Shown here one piece after another: positions 38,027 to 51,905 of a DNA stretch of 64,000 bases; the stretch's first letter is position 1; every line of letters begins with the position of its first letter. Both the position numbers and the translations under genes were made by a program. Below the pieces are notes generated by a model that did not search any database, was not told the DNA's origin, and worked only from the letters and a program-made list of their open reading frames with translations. This stretch comes from Chara braunii (taxonomy: Eukaryota > Plantae > Charophyceae), in assembly GCA_003427395.1 (NCBI GenBank), contig BFEA01000011.1, positions 1,342,202 through 1,406,201 on the forward strand, read 5' to 3'.

Positions 38027-38331
38027 TGTATACAGTCGTACGAATACGGTCCGCTCGTACGTCTGGACGTTCGTACGTACGGGCCCCCCGGCGGCCGTAC
38101 GGCCCGTACGTACGGACTTCGGGCCCTCCGTACGTGGCCTTTCGGGGGGGTGTTGAGGGGGTGGATGGGCTGGGGGGGGGTCGGGTGTCAAGGGGTACCC
38201 CCCCATTCAAAAAAACAAAAACAAAAAAGATTTTTTTTTTGTTCCCAGGGGTAGAAAGAAATAAAAATTGATTGATTTCATTAATTGGTTGATTAATTGG
38301 TTAATTGATTGATTGATTGATTGATTGAATA

Positions 38332-38395
<64 letters not shown>

Positions 38396-38698
38396 NNNNN
38401 NNNNNNNNNNNNNNNNNNNNNNNNNNNNNNNNNNNNNNNNNNNNNNNNNNNNNNNNNNNNNNNNNNNNNNNNNNNNNNNNNNNNNNNNNNNNNNNNNNNN
38501 NNNNNNNNNNNNNNNNNNNNNNNNNNNNNNNNNNNNNNNNNNNNNNNNNNNNNNNNNNNNNNNNNNNNNNNNNNNNNNNNNNNNNNNNNNNNNNNNNNNN
38601 NNNNNNNNNNNNNNNNNNNNNNNNNNNNNNNNNNNNNNNNNNNNNNNNNNNNNNNNNNNNNNNNNNNNNNNNNNNNNNNNNNNNNNNNNNNNNNNNNN

Positions 38699-38765
<67 letters not shown>

Positions 38766-39397
38766 ACAAACGCGCGCGGCATTTCGACCATGTAAGCCCG
38801 ACCCTCCGTCTCTATCTCCCTCTGCATTTGCTGCGAACCTCAGAACTAGGTAAGGGAGAGCACTACTCCAACGTTTTTGGGAAGGGCGAGTGCAATAGTC
38901 ACGTTAGTTTTGGCGTTAGTATAGTGGGAAAGGAGTTAGAAGAGAACAAGAGTGTGCGGGGGGCTGTGGAGAGAAAGTGGATGTGATTGGGGCAAAAACA
39001 GATATCTTGCTCGTTCCTTAGTGGAATCAAGCGAGCAAAGATTCGATTTTGGGGTTTTTTTGTATTGCGAGATGAATGGCAGTGTTAGATTCCGAGTTGG
39101 AGTGTTAGTTTTGGCGCGGTAAGAAACAGAGGTGCGCGGGTTACGAGGGAAGAGCAACGAAATCGAAAGAAAAAACGAAGAAAAAAAAAAAAAAAAAAAG
39201 GAAACCGACGAGGAAAAAGAAAGAAGGGGATGAGTGACTAAGGAGGAGGAAACAGGGAGAAGACAAGGTAGAAGAGATTGAGGTTCGCAGCAAATTATCT
39301 TTTGGATTTATAGATAAATATTGATTCATTACATGATTCTCATTTTCACTCTCATTTTTTTTTAATCTATGAATTAAAAGAAATAAAATGCAATATT

Positions 39398-39436
<39 letters not shown>

Positions 39437-39698
39437 TTATTCTGCCCTTTTTTTTTGCTACCAAATTCTTTTTTTTTTTTGATTTTTTTTCAATCCTCTT
39501 TAAGGCCAAAAAATAGAAAAAAAAATATGAGGTTGTAGATCTCAAAAAGATCTACAACCCTTTTTTTTTTTTTTGATTTTTTTTTGCCCCTAAAACACCT
39601 TCGGACGGCCGTCGTCCGTACGCCCGTACGGTCATTTGTCTGTCCGTCCGTACAGGCCGTACGGAGACCCCCTGTACGACGTACGGGCGACGACACAG
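38027..39698. mobile_element. Non-autonomous hAT-like element with CGTAC-rich ends
   Basis: Insertion relative to the 5' LTR (22853), flanked by GTGCAACG/GTGCAATG. The right end ACACAG resembles the 40911 element and the left TIR is degraded. Confidence 0.72.
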
Positions 39699-40283
39699 GT
39701 GCAATGCTTGAAGTGATTCCAGAGTTCTTGTATTGTGAAAACTTGATGGAACGTGGATGTCATGCAGGCCAATCGCGTTGTCTGATTGTTGATGTGATTT
39801 GGGTATGATTAACTGTTCTGAAAACACATCGTGAGAACGAGAAGCTCTCGTATGGGCTGTCTCACCATGTGTATGTTTATTTTGGGAAGATAAAGCATTG
39901 GAATGTGGACTCCGTGAAGTCCTGTCCTGCTTGATAGGATCTTCTAACATTGATGAGGGTTGGGACTACTACAGAAGTTATTGGATTGCGCATTGTTATG
40001 TATGCATGGGATTATTGATTGGCTAACCCATGAGGGATTTACGTATCCTTGTTGAAATGCTATGACTAACGCTCACCTTCTCTAAGTCAAACTAACTCAA
40101 GTCAAAGGTCAGTTGAAGGTCTTCTGAGAAATACGTAATGAGGTGAGAGTTCTCATGTGGACTTCCTCATTAGGTGTTTTATTGAGTCATTGGGATGTGG
40201 CCCCGTGTGACCTGTTCATTTGACTCTAAGGCTTTCGATTGATCTCAGACAGAAGGGTTCTTCTAAAAGAAGTAAACTAGCAG

Positions 40284-40910
40284 GGGTAATAAGAGGAGTG
40301 AGGTCCCGAGAGATCCGCCTTATTACCTGAATCTGCTTTTGTGGTAATAGGAGGAGCAAGACCCCGTGAGGTCTGCCCTATTACCAACCCGCACAAAAGG
40401 AGGGTGGTGATAAGAGAAGCGAGGCTCCGAGAAGCCCCGCCTTATTACCAACCAGCCATGCGTCAGGGCAAGTGTGTGGTAAGAGTAGCAAGGCTCCGAG
40501 AAGCCTGCCTTATCACACTAATAGCACTGGCGGTGATAAGAGTAGCAAGGCTCCGAGAAGTCTGCCTTATCACACTAATAACACAGACAATGATAAGAGT
40601 AGCAAGGCCCCGAGAGGTCTGCCCTATTGTCTAAACGACACGGTTAAGGAAGGACGGTGATAAGAGAAGCAAGGCTCCAAGAACCCTGCCTTATTACCAA
40701 CCAGCCGTGCGTTAGGGCAAGTGTGTGATAAGAGTAGCAAGGCTCCGAGAAGCCTGCCTTATCACAATAATGGCACAGACGGTGTGATAAGAGTAGCAAG
40801 GCTTCGAGAAGCTTGCCTTATCGCAATAATGGCACAGACGGTGTGATAAGAGTAGCAAGGCTCCAAGAAGTCTGCCTTATCGCAATGATTCACTAACGAT
40901 GTGATAAGAG
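40284..40910 (+). repeat. Hairpin array, 3' LTR copy (continues at 48861-49020 after the hAT insertion)
   Basis: Same units as 23438-24405. Confidence 0.9.
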
Positions 40911-41371
40911 TTGTGTTGCACGGCGTACACGTACGCAGCCCCCGCGCACACACGTACACGTATGCACATGCGCGCGTACGTATGTGCGTGTACGTCAAAA
41001 AGAGCCCTGCGTACGTGGTCGTGAGGGTTCTTTTCCGGACCGTTTTGTGGCCTTCTCGGGGTCGGGGGTTACAGAGGGTCGCGGGAGGGTGCAGCACAAG
41101 CCGTGCTGCAAGGCGAGGGAGGGGGAAGACGGGCCCGATTCGAGTTTTGAATTCGTGGCGGGACAGTCTACCCCCTGCCCTGCCTTGCAGCCCAACCCTG
41201 TTGTCTCCCCCAACGTCTCGCACCGTACCGTTCGCAATCCTACTTGCCAAGGCCATTGTTGCCATGGTGGGGTCGCCATCACCGTCGCCACGAAGGGGTC
41301 GCCGTCGCCGTTGCCGCTGTTGCCGGGGTCGCCGTCTCCGTCACTGTCGCCATTGTCGTGGAGGTAAGTTC

Positions 41372-41408
<37 letters not shown>

Positions 41409-43508
41409 GGAGAGAGAGAGAGAGAGTCGTCGCCGTCGCCAGTGCCGCTGCCGTTGTCGCTGCCATTGTCGTCGCCGTCGCCGTTGTTGACCCCGTCGCC
41501 ATTGCCGTCGCGGTCGCCATTTTTTTTATTTTTTATTTTTTTTGCCACGTCGAATTGCGCCTTTTCACTTCCACGTCCTCTCGTCATCCTCTTCTCGTTC
41601 GTTCCTCCCTCCTCCGCACTGTGCCCGTCGTCTTCCTCATCCTTTCCTCCCTCCTCCGCAGCGCCCGTTGTTGTCGTCTTCCTCGTCCTTCCCCTGCTTT
41701 CCTCTTCCTCCTTTCCCCCTCCNNNNNNNNNNNNNNNNNNNNNNNNNNNNNNNNNNNNNNNNNNNNNNNNNNNNNNNNNNNNNNNNNNNNNNNNNNNNNN
41801 NNNNNNNNNNNNNNNNNNNNNNNNNNNNNNNNNNNNNNNNNNNNNNNNNNNNNNNNNNNNNNNNNNNNNNNNNNNNNNNNNNNNNNNNNNNNNNNNNNNN
41901 NNNNNNNNNNNNNNNNNNNNNNNNNNNNNNNNNNNNNNNNNNNNNNNNNNNNNNNNNNNNNNNNNNNNNNNNNNNNNNNNNNNNNNNNNNNNNNNNNNNN
42001 NNNNNNNNNNNNNNNNNNNNNNNNNNNNNNNNNNNNNNNNNNNNNNNNNNNNNNNNNNNNNNNNNNNNNNNNNNNNNNNNNNNNNNNNNNNNNNNNNNNN
42101 NNNNNNNNNNNNNNNNNNNNNNNNNNNNNNNNNNNNNNNNNNNNNNNNNNNNNNNNNNNNNNNNNNNNNNNNNNNNNNNNNNNNNNNNNNNNNNNNNNNN
42201 NNNNNNNNNNNNNNNNNNNNNNNNNNNNNNNNNNNNNNNNNNNNNNNNNNNNNNNNNNNNNNNNNNNNNNNNNNNNNNNNNNNNNNNNNNNNNNNNNNNN
42301 NNNNNNNNNNNNNNNNNNNNNNNNNNNNNNNNNNNNNNNNNNNNNNNNNNNNNNNNNNNNNNNNNNNNNNNNNNNNNNNNNNNNNNNNNNNNNNNNNNNN
42401 NNNNNNNNNNNNNNNNNNNNNNNNNNNNNNNNNNNNNNNNNNNNNNNNNNNNNNNNNNNNNNNNNNNNNNNNNNNNNNNNNNNNNNNNNNNNNNNNNNNN
42501 NNCGTTGTCATCATCCACCTCCTCCTCCCCATCGTCATCTGCCATCTCCTCCGCCCTGTCATCTCCCTTCCGCTCCCCGTTATCATCTTCCCCCTCCTCC
42601 CTGTCGCCATCGTCCTCCTCCTATCGCATATCATCTTCCCCCTCCGCCCTGTCATCTCCCTTCCGCCACACCAGCTTTTTTTTTTTTTTTTTTTTTTGTC
42701 GAACTTCGAGGTTCGAACTTCGAACCTGCCCGTCGTCAGCTGCCACCTCCTCCACCTCCTCCTCCCCGTCGTCATCTGCCACCTCCTCCCCGTCGTCATC
42801 TGCCACCTCCTCCCCGTCGTCATCATCCATCCTCCTCCTGCCCGTTGTCATCATCTACCTCCTCCTCCCCGTCGTCATCTGCCATCTCCTTCGCCCTGTC
42901 ATCTCCCTTCCACTCCCCGTTATCATCTTCCCCCTTCTCCCTGTCGCCATCGTCCTCCTCCTTTCCTCCTTCCCGTTGTCGTTGTCTTCCTCTTCCTCCT
43001 CCTCCCCGTCATCATCGTCCTCCTCCGCAGCAAGATCTTCGTCCACCTCCCCCTCATCATCGTCGTCGTCCTCCTCCCGTAATCGTCTTCCTCCTCCTCC
43101 TCCCCGTCGTCATTGTCCTCGCTCTCCTCTCTAGCACCGTCTTCCTCCTCCTCCTCCCCGTCATTGTCTTCCTCGTCCTCTCTGCCACATCAGCTTTTTT
43201 TTTTTTTTTTTTAAGTCGAACATAGCGGTTCGAACTTCGAATCTGGCCGTCTCTGCTGCCACCTCCTACACCTCCTCCTCCCCGCCATCATCATCCACCT
43301 CCTCTTGCCCGTCATCATCCTCCTCCTCCTCCTCCCGGTCATCTTCCTCGTCTTCCTCCGTTGTCGTCGTCATCATAGTCGTCCTCTTCCTCCCCGTTGT
43401 CCATCTGTTTCCTCGGCCCCTCCCCAATCGTCTTCCTCGTCCTCCTTCTGTTGCGCTTTTTTTTTTTTTTTGGGCACGTCACATTCCGAGACGGACACGT
43501 GTCTGTTG

Positions 43509-43581
<73 letters not shown>

Positions 43582-43606
43582 NNNNNNNNNNNNNNNNNNN
43601 NNNNNN

Positions 43607-43695
<89 letters not shown>

Positions 43696-43779
43696 ACCAA
43701 CGACAACGTGCGACTTGGCACCCTTGCAGCGGCATCTGCAGTGCCACATCAGGAGGTGCGACATCAGCGGATAGTACAA

Positions 43780-43990
43780 CAGCAGGTGCTGCATGAGCAG
43801 GTGCCACATTAGCACCTCTGCGTCAGCGGGTGCCACATCAGCACCTGCTGCATCAGCAGCTGCCACATCAGCACCTGCTGCATCAGTGGGTGCCACATAA
43901 GCACCTGCTGCAGCGGTGGCTGCCACATCAGCATCTGCTACATCTGTGGGTGCCGCATCAACACCTGGTCCACCAGCGGGCACTACATCA
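43780..43990 (+). repeat. 30-bp tandem repeat upstream of the transposase
   Basis: GGTGCCACATCAGCACCTGCTGCATCAGCA-like units, ~7 copies. Confidence 0.8.
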
Positions 43991-44100
43991 ACAAGTCGCA
44001 CAGCAGCAGATTTTGGATCAGGAAGTGCCATGTCAGCACTTGCAGTAACAGCAGTCGCGGCATCAGCTTGTGCCACATCAACAGCGGCTACATTTTTGTC

Positions 44101-46387
44101 ATGGCGGGAAGAAGATCAACAGAAGATGGCCGCCCAGGGTCTTCGCGTGATGCTGAGAGGGGACCGTTCGTGGAGGATCCGACATTCCGGTCGACCCATT
44201 GTGTGTGGACATGGGTGGCGGCGGGTCAGAGGTTGGACGACAGTACTCGTGGGGGGCGCCGCCTCAAATGCAAGTTGTGCGGGCATGAGTTCACAAGTGG
44301 GCAACCCCGTGCAGTCGACCACTTCACTTGGAAGAGGAAGACTTCTCGTTGCCCCCATGGGACCCTGACAATCTGGAGGAGGCTGCGGGATGTTGGGGCG
44401 AAATTGCCTCCAGACATGTTGGAGTTGGTGCAGCAGGCGGAGGAGGAGGAGCAGAGCAGCGCGGAGAGAGATGTTGCAGTGGATGACATTGGGGAGGGAG
44501 AGAGACACGTCGGGGCTGGTGGAGAGTCACGTCCACAAACTTGCAGCGGGGTGGAGGACGTTGGGGGGGGGGGCTGCTGCCTTGCGAAGCGTATGTGGGC
44601 GGGGGGGGGACCATGGCCATCTTCAGGCAGCACATGCGGTTGTCCGTACGCATGGACGGGCGAAGCAGGCTTCAATTGCTAGGTGGGCCAAAAACCCGCG
44701 ACAAAAGGACATCGACGATAGCTGCATCGGGTTTTTCGTGGAAAATGCAATCCCCTTCAACGTGGCGAGGAGTAGGAGCTTCAAGAAGTTCGTGAACACT
44801 TGCTATCGACCGCAACCGGCTGCTAAACATCCTTTGCTTCCCACTGGGTACAACCCTCTCAGGTGCTGTCTTCAAGACGGCTTGCAGCGCAGGTTGACTA
44901 AGGAGGAGCAGGCGATTCGAGATGATTCGGAAATCACAAGCTGCACCTTCATCACCGACGGCACAACGGACATCTGTGGGCGGTCGTTGGTCAACTACAT
45001 CCTCGCAGGCTTGTCGAAGCCTCTGTTTATCAAATGCGAGGACGTCAGCGATCAGGAGAAGGATGCTGCTGCTGTTGTGGAGGGATGGAAGAGGTTTTTT
45101 CGGGACATCGGGGTTGAGAAGATCACGACAATTTGCACGGACTCCTTCTCCGGCAACAAGAGTGCGGCAACCATGTTGAGGGAGGATCCACAGTTCCAGC
45201 AGATCTACCGGATCCCATGCACTGCACATTGCATGGACTTGTTCATGCAGGATGTGGGCGATCAGCCGTGGGCAACAAACGCAATCAAGAAAACGAATAA
45301 GGTAGTCAAGTTCTTTAGGAACCACAGACGGCCACGGTCTGCATTGCGCATAGAGCTCACAAAGCAAAAGGGCCAGAAAGTCAGAGTTATCCTTCGGCCT
45401 GCGCAGACGAGGTTCGGCACGCACTATGTGATGCTGGATCGACTTATCACGTGCGAGAAAGTTGTTCGTCGCGTGGTGCTGGCGGACTCGTGGACAGACA
45501 TGGCGAGCCAACCGTACTTGAGGAGGGATGCTGCAGAGGTGGAGAAACTTGTCACTGACAAAGCCTTCTGGGATGAGATAAGGAAGTTGCATGCAGTGTT
45601 GGCGGAGTCGTACAAGGTGCTCTGAATGGTTGAAAAGGACATCCACTGCCTGTCCCATGTGTACGATGCAGTTGTTGCACTGAAGAATTGCGTACGCGGT
45701 GTCGCGCTCACAGATGTTGAGTGAGAGACGATCCTGACCGATGTCGGGAAGAGGACGGATATGTTGTTGAGCCCTATACATGTTATGGCACGACTGTTGG
45801 ACCCTCGACTGAGGGACATCAGCGTCTTCAGCAACGAGGAGCTCATCGCGCAGTTCGACAACGTGGTGGACCGCCTTGTTGCCAAGAAAGGGACACAAAA
45901 GTTCAACGACTGCACAGACCAGCTGTACGACTTCCAGTTCGCCATAGGGGTTTTTGGGTCGGTCGGAGCATTAAGGAGCGCAGAGAAGGACAATGCAGTG
46001 CTCTGGTGGAAGGCACACGGAGGTGGTCATCCTGAGATCAAGAAGTTGGCGATCAAAGTGCTCTCAATATGGACGACATCCTCTCCTGCAGAGAGGAACT
46101 GGAGCACGTGGACCCTTGTGCAGATGAAGACAAGGAACCAGTTAAAGCACAAGCGCACCGAGAAACTGGTCTACTCCCTCTGGAACCTTAGGTTGAAGAG
46201 CAGGGGGGAGGACGGTCCGACAGTGAAAGGAGGGTGGTTCGGACTGCAGCGTGATTGGGAGGACGAGGATCTGGACGGCGAGGCGGCTGGTGAGGTTGAC
46301 GTGGACGACGGTGTTGTTGTTGGGCTTGAGGCTGCCGGATCTGAGAGAGGCAGCACCACCATCGTCACCGCTACTCGTATTTTTTGA
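44101..46387 (+). pseudogene. hAT transposase (BED finger, DUF659-type catalytic region, C-terminal dimerisation domain); frameshift and stops
   Basis: CKLC..H..C BED-like finger. Motifs FFVENAIPFNVA, ITDG, CTAHCMDL, TRFGT and WW...LAIKVLSIWTTSSPAERNWS. An acidic/Gln-rich tail may extend to ~47000. Confidence 0.92.
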
Positions 46388-47303
46388 AATACGAGGGACT
46401 TAGAGGAGGAGGAGGAGGAGGAGGAGGNGGAGGAGGAGGAGGAGGAGAAGGAGGAGAAGGGTGATGGCTTTCCTTGTGAGGAGTGGCAGGACGAGCGGTC
46501 CGACTCTGACAAGTCGTGGACGCGGAGGGAGGACATCACTCCATATGTGGGAGGCACAAGATTCAGCGAACGGGTTGCAGCACGGCATGCCCGAGACCGG
46601 TCTCGAAAGAGCATCCAGGAAGAGCAGCAGGATGACGAGCACGATGATGAGGGGTAGGAGGAGGAGCAGCAGGTGGATGAGCAGCTGGACGAGGAGCAGC
46701 AGGAGGAGGAACAGCCCGAGGATCAGCAGCAGCGGGGGGACGAGGAGCAACATGAGCAGCAGGAGGACAAGCAGTTGGTGGAGCCGCAGCCCGAGGATCA
46801 GCAGCAGCGGGAGCAGCACGACCAGCAAAAGGAGCAGCAGATGGACGACCACGTAGAGGAACAGCGAGAGCAGGAGGGAGAGCAGCAGGGGGAGCAGCTG
46901 CATGCATTCTATGGTCCGAAGAGACCGTCACAGCTGCTTGGCCGTCTGGGGGCTGCTCCTAGTGGCTTGTGGGATCCGCTCGCTTATCGACCTTCCCGTG
47001 GTGGAAGAGCCGGTCCATGAGCGGGTCCGTCTACTAGATGCAGGAGAAAAGGTTAACCGACCCCCCATTTTTCGCCTCAATTGGTAAGAGGCAGAGGACG
47101 CCCACCTTTGACATCCACAAGAGGCAGAGGACGTCCTCCTTCCTTATCCATGAGAGGCAGGGGGCGACCGCGCTCTACCGATTAAACAGACAGTGCAGAG
47201 GGAAGAGGAGGAGGAAGAGGAGGAGGAGTCAGATGAGAATGAACCGCTGCACAGAGCAAAAAAAAGAAGGATGATAGTTGGTGAAGGAGACGGCAGGCAA
47301 AGT

Positions 47304-47341
<38 letters not shown>

Positions 47342-47463
47342 TTTTGTGGAAGACACTTGAATTTGAGCAGTAACGACTGCCTCACTCATTTGCAGTGGGT
47401 CTCCCTCATTGTCAATTCGAGAGTTGTCATGCCTGTCGTACAGCGTACACAACCCCACAACAG

Positions 47464-47724
47464 AAAAAAAAAAGACTCACGGGCAGACACACGGTCACAC
47501 ACAACCAGAACAGCGTGACACAGGTTTTGGCTGTGTGTGACCGTGTGTGTAGCTGTGTTTGACATGACTGTGCTGCGCCACAACAAGATCGTACACACGA
47601 TCTTGTTGTGGTGCAGCACATTCATGTCAAACACAGCCACACACACGGTCACACACAGCCAAGACATGTGTCACGCTGTTCTGGTTCTGTGTGACCGTGT
47701 GTCTGCCCGTGAGTCTTTTTTTTT
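47464..47724. repeat. Long near-perfect palindrome in the hAT 3' region
   Basis: ~128-bp arms centred on AAGATCGT-ACAC-ACGATCTT at ~47595. Confidence 0.85.
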
Positions 47725-50700
47725 GTTGTTGTGGCGCAGCACACTCGTGTCAAACACAGGCACACACATAGTCACACACAGCNNNNNNNNNNNNNNNNNN
47801 NNNNNNNNNNNNNNNNNNNNNNNNNNNNNNNNNNNNNNNNNNNNNNNNNNNNNNNNNNNNNNNNNNNNNNNNNNNNNAACACAGGCACACACATAGTCAC
47901 ACACAGCCAAGACCTGTGTCACGCTGTTCTGGTTGTGTGTGACCGTGTGTCTGCCCGTGAGTCTTTTTTTTTCTTTTGTTGTGGGGTTGTGTATGTCGTA
48001 CGACAAGCACAACAACTGTATGGTCTGTGTCTGTCTGTCTATCTGTCTGCAAGGGTCTGTCACGTGTACATGTTTGTCTGTCACTCACACGGTCACACAC
48101 AGCCAAGACCTGTATCATGCTGTTCTGGTTGTGTGTGACCGTGTTGTGTGCCCGTCAGTCTGTCTGGCTGGCTGTAAAGTTGTTTGTCAGTCTGTCAGTC
48201 TCTCAGTCAGTCAAGATGTGCCGTGGTCAATTCGTTTGTCTATCTGACATTGTTTGTTTGTCTGTTTCTGTCACACTCTATGGTCTGTGTGTGTCTGTCT
48301 ATCTGTCTGCAAGGGCCTGTCACGTGTACCTGTCTTTTTGTCACTCTGTCACCCTGTCCATGTGCCACGTCACTCCGTTACCCTGTTCATATTTGTGTTT
48401 GTCCGTCTGTCCATCTGTGTGTAGAAAGTTGTCTGTCGATCTGTTTGTCAGTTTTTTAGGCAGTTGTCTTTCGATCTGTCCGTCTGCCTGTTTCTCTTTT
48501 TGTTCGTCTATTTGTTTGTCTGTCATGTCTGACTGTCTGTCAGTCATGTCTGACTATTTGTCTGTCATGTATGACTGTCTGTCTGTCACTCACTCTGTTA
48601 AGCAGTCTGTATGTGACAGTCAAGCTGTCTGACAGACGGACTGTGTGTATGTATGTGTGTGTGTGTGTGTGTCTAAATGTCTAAAGACTCTAAAAGACTG
48701 AACACATATGTTCCCCCCCCCGAGGGAAGGGCCTGGCACAACAGATATATATTTTTGAAAAGAAAAAAAAAACACGTACACGTACACGGGTTTTTGTCAC
48801 ATACGCGTACGCGAGAATACGTACGCGTACGCACGCGTACGCGTACAGGATACAACACAGGATAAGAGTATCAAGGCTCCGAGCAGCCTGCCTTATCACA
48901 ATGATGTCACTAACGATGTGATAAGAGTAGCAAGGCTCCGAGAAGCCTGCCTTATCGCAATAATAGCACGGACAATGTGATAGGAGGAGCGAGGCTCAGA
49001 GAAGCCCGCCTTATTACCATCTGACCTTGATCTTATGCAAGACAGTAAATAGGCGAAGCAAGGCCCGTGAAGTCTACTCTATCACAAGCAGACGCCTAAC
49101 GAAGATGAGTCGATCCTGAGTGGTCTACCATATTGTTACTAATCTTCTCAATAGACAGGAAACAATGAAAGCCATGAAAAGAGATCGATCCATTATTAAC
49201 ATACCACTTTCTGATTCTACTAAGGTGGAGGTGGAAGGAATGTGGCCCCGTGTGACCTGTCCTGCTACCTTAACCTCTTGATTGATGATGTTTGTTTGTG
49301 CATGTCTTAAGTGGGGAATCGTACGATAAGGCAGAAAATATTAATGATGTTAGCTTTATGCTTTTCTTCCTTTAGACTACTATCTCTAGAGATTACTCTG
49401 ATAAGAAGTTAGAGAGGCTACCTAGGGGGAACTATATCGATGTAGTATTATTCCCAACTTAAATGAAGTTCCCTATATTGTACTTCATATAGGGCCATTG
49501 GTCACAAACACACACTCTCATCAGCCACAAACACAAACAAACACTCATATGGGAAAAAACCGCAAAAACGTACGACACGAGCTCAAATTTTGATTTTTTT
49601 CCCTAACAAAAAAATATAATGTTCAACAATTGGTAAACAAGTTTTCAACAAGTTTTCAACAAGTTTTCAACAAATGGACCAACAATTGAACACACTATGT
49701 TTTCTTTACGACATGTTTGGTCAGCGTTGAATTCCTTCACTTCTGGTGGAACACATGACACCACCCCCGCCAAACAGTTTATTAACACAGTTCCAACGAT
49801 TTAAAAATGGGGTCCACATGTGATCATCCTGTCACAAAATTTGCCATAATTTTTCTGTTGCTTGAGGATAAGGCTGCAGGACGGGTTACTGAGAGGGATG
49901 GGAAGTTATATAATAAACAGGGTCGTTTGGTGGAGCGGACTGCAGATGGGGCCAGGGTACAACTGTATAGGCAGAACCAGAAGGAGATGAGTGAGTAGGG
50001 ACTGGTTCACCTATGACCGGCAGGATGAGTTGAGTGTGTATCGTAGATTAGGGCATGTCTTTGTCCTTGTTACTATTTCAGTTCTATTTTCTATCTTTTG
50101 AGAAATTTTGGATACCCACGCTGTTATGTGTACATATAGGGAACGTATATGTATCATTAGGATCCTCCCATGGTGATACTAAGTCGGGACTTGATGAGGA
50201 GAGGGTGTGCATGTGGTGGGGTTACCTTTTCTCCTTACTGACTCGCTGAGGGTGGATTCGGTTTGACCTTAAGATACTTTTGGTAGGGCAGTAGGATCTG
50301 TACCATGTGGAGAGGGATCTGAGTCACTTGAGAGGGTTACGAAGCTGGGATGTCATTCGTACCCTTTTTGGGATGAGATATTTTGTCCCCGAGTGTAAGT
50401 TGGGATGTCATTTGTACCCTTTTTGGGATGAGATATTTTGTCCCCGAGTGTACTATGAGTTAAGTTTTGTTTTAGACTCTATGATTGAGACTATGCCTTT
50501 GTCTGTGACGATCACAATCAGTCTCACATGTGTGGTTTTTATCCTGATGAATGATGGCTTGTGAGAGATGGGTGAGAAACATCTCATATGCTTTATATTG
50601 TGTGAACGTGAATGGATGTGAATTGTCTACTCTTCAGTATACTCGTGCTATCTGCCCCCAGGCGGATAACAGGGCAGGGTATAAGGAGAGGGAGTGCAGT

Positions 50701-51823
50701 CCGTTCTTGTGAGATACGTGAGAATCCAGAAAGATTTATGGGTCTTTGAGACTCGAATGCTTACAATGCCTAATGTTTGTTGTTTGAGTTGTGATAAGGA
50801 CCCATAAGTTGGTCCCTCAGTGTTGAGTTGTTTATGGTTGAGAAAAAAAATCGCGTGAGAGTTCATCCTAGAGAAGGAAAGGATGACTGAGAGACCTAAT
50901 GAGAGAGGCACCTTTAATGAATAAAGGTGAGTAAAAGATTTAATGGCATGGGAAGCTGGTTTTGAAGGATAAAGACTGATGAAAAGGACCAAGTTTTGTT
51001 TGGTCATTGGTGGAGTTTTCAGGAATGTCGCAAAATGATTCATTTATGAGAAGATGTCATTGAGATGTGTGATTTTCTGACTCTGATCAAGTTGGGAGGT
51101 CGCGGCCTTGTGAATCTGGCGGTGATTCTGTTTTGTGAATGTGGAGAGGTTGTCGTGTGTTATCTGTGTTCTTTCACAGAGGACTGGTAAATACCTTTTA
51201 TGTGTGACAGGTCTATGCGTAGTCCCGCAATAGACCTGTATTGTTGCGACACACCGTCCAGCCATTTGTGCTAATCTTAAGGCATATGCAGGAAGATCAA
51301 GCTAAACGGTAAAGTTTAGCACCATTAGGGCACAACCCTAGCGATGGCTACTGGCCGGCGCAACCTGGTTGCGGGTCCGCGTCTTACCAAGGGAGTAAAC
51401 ACTTAAAGGGTGTGGCCGCCTAAGAGGGTTTTACTTCTGCAGAATGGCGCGGGATAAGAGTCAAGTCATATGAGTCTTTTGGGGAAGCCCTGATTAAATG
51501 CTTATCAGGAGAAAGCCTATCGTGGTGCAACCTGCGATAGCACTACCGCTAAAATAACAACGCGGTGGCCGTAGACCTGGCCCGATCACCCAGGCTATGG
51601 TGGGCCAAGATGGAGACTTGACCTTCCCGTACTAGACAGCGGAAAGAGTCTGTGATAAGATTTATGTATATATATGTATATTTGATTGTGAAGATTATTG
51701 GAAGGGAGGCAGGAGAATGCCTTCAAAGGTCTCGGTTAGGGTCCGCGTCCCTGGTTATGGCCCTGCTTGCAGGGTAGAGGCTAGGACGAAGGGGAGAGGG
51801 CGGTTGTGAAGGCCTTCGGAACT

Positions 51824-51905
51824 TATGTTGTAGTACTGATGCGTAGTACACCGGCGTCCTAGTGTCAGAACAATGGAGGCTCAGGTTAAAATCCTGGCAG
51901 CATAT
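51824..51905 (+). ncRNA. tRNA-like structure (E3 3' UTR)
   Basis: Acceptor TATGTTG/CAGCATA, D stem GTAC/GTAC, T arm TCAGG-TTAAAAT-CCTGG. Confidence 0.68.

Larger units (their letters stand above)
40911..48860 (+). mobile_element. hAT DNA transposon (formerly autonomous)
   Basis: TIR TTGTGTTGCA/TACAACACAG, perfect 8-bp TSD GATAAGAG (40903-40910, 48861-48868), CGTAC subterminal repeats, internal transposase. Confidence 0.93.
16861..49497 (+). mobile_element. LTR element E2, apparently non-autonomous (LARD-like); interior 26167-30877
   Basis: LTR, PBS, 4.7 kb interior without recognisable RT/IN motifs, then the conserved pre-LTR motif and the second LTR. Confidence 0.75.
30878..49497 (+). repeat. 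3' LTR of E2, with four DNA-transposon insertions, truncated at ~49497
   Basis: Starts TGTCGGACCAAATACCCTTACAAG. Similarity to the 5' LTR stops at ~49497 (equivalent to ~24918). Confidence 0.82.

Noticed and set aside
44672-45898. 408-aa minus-strand ORF
   Set aside because: Antisense shadow of the GC-rich transposase.
16861-49497. Host segmental duplication
   Set aside because: The two copies are bounded by LTR termini, PBS and pre-LTR motif, so they are the paired LTRs of E2.
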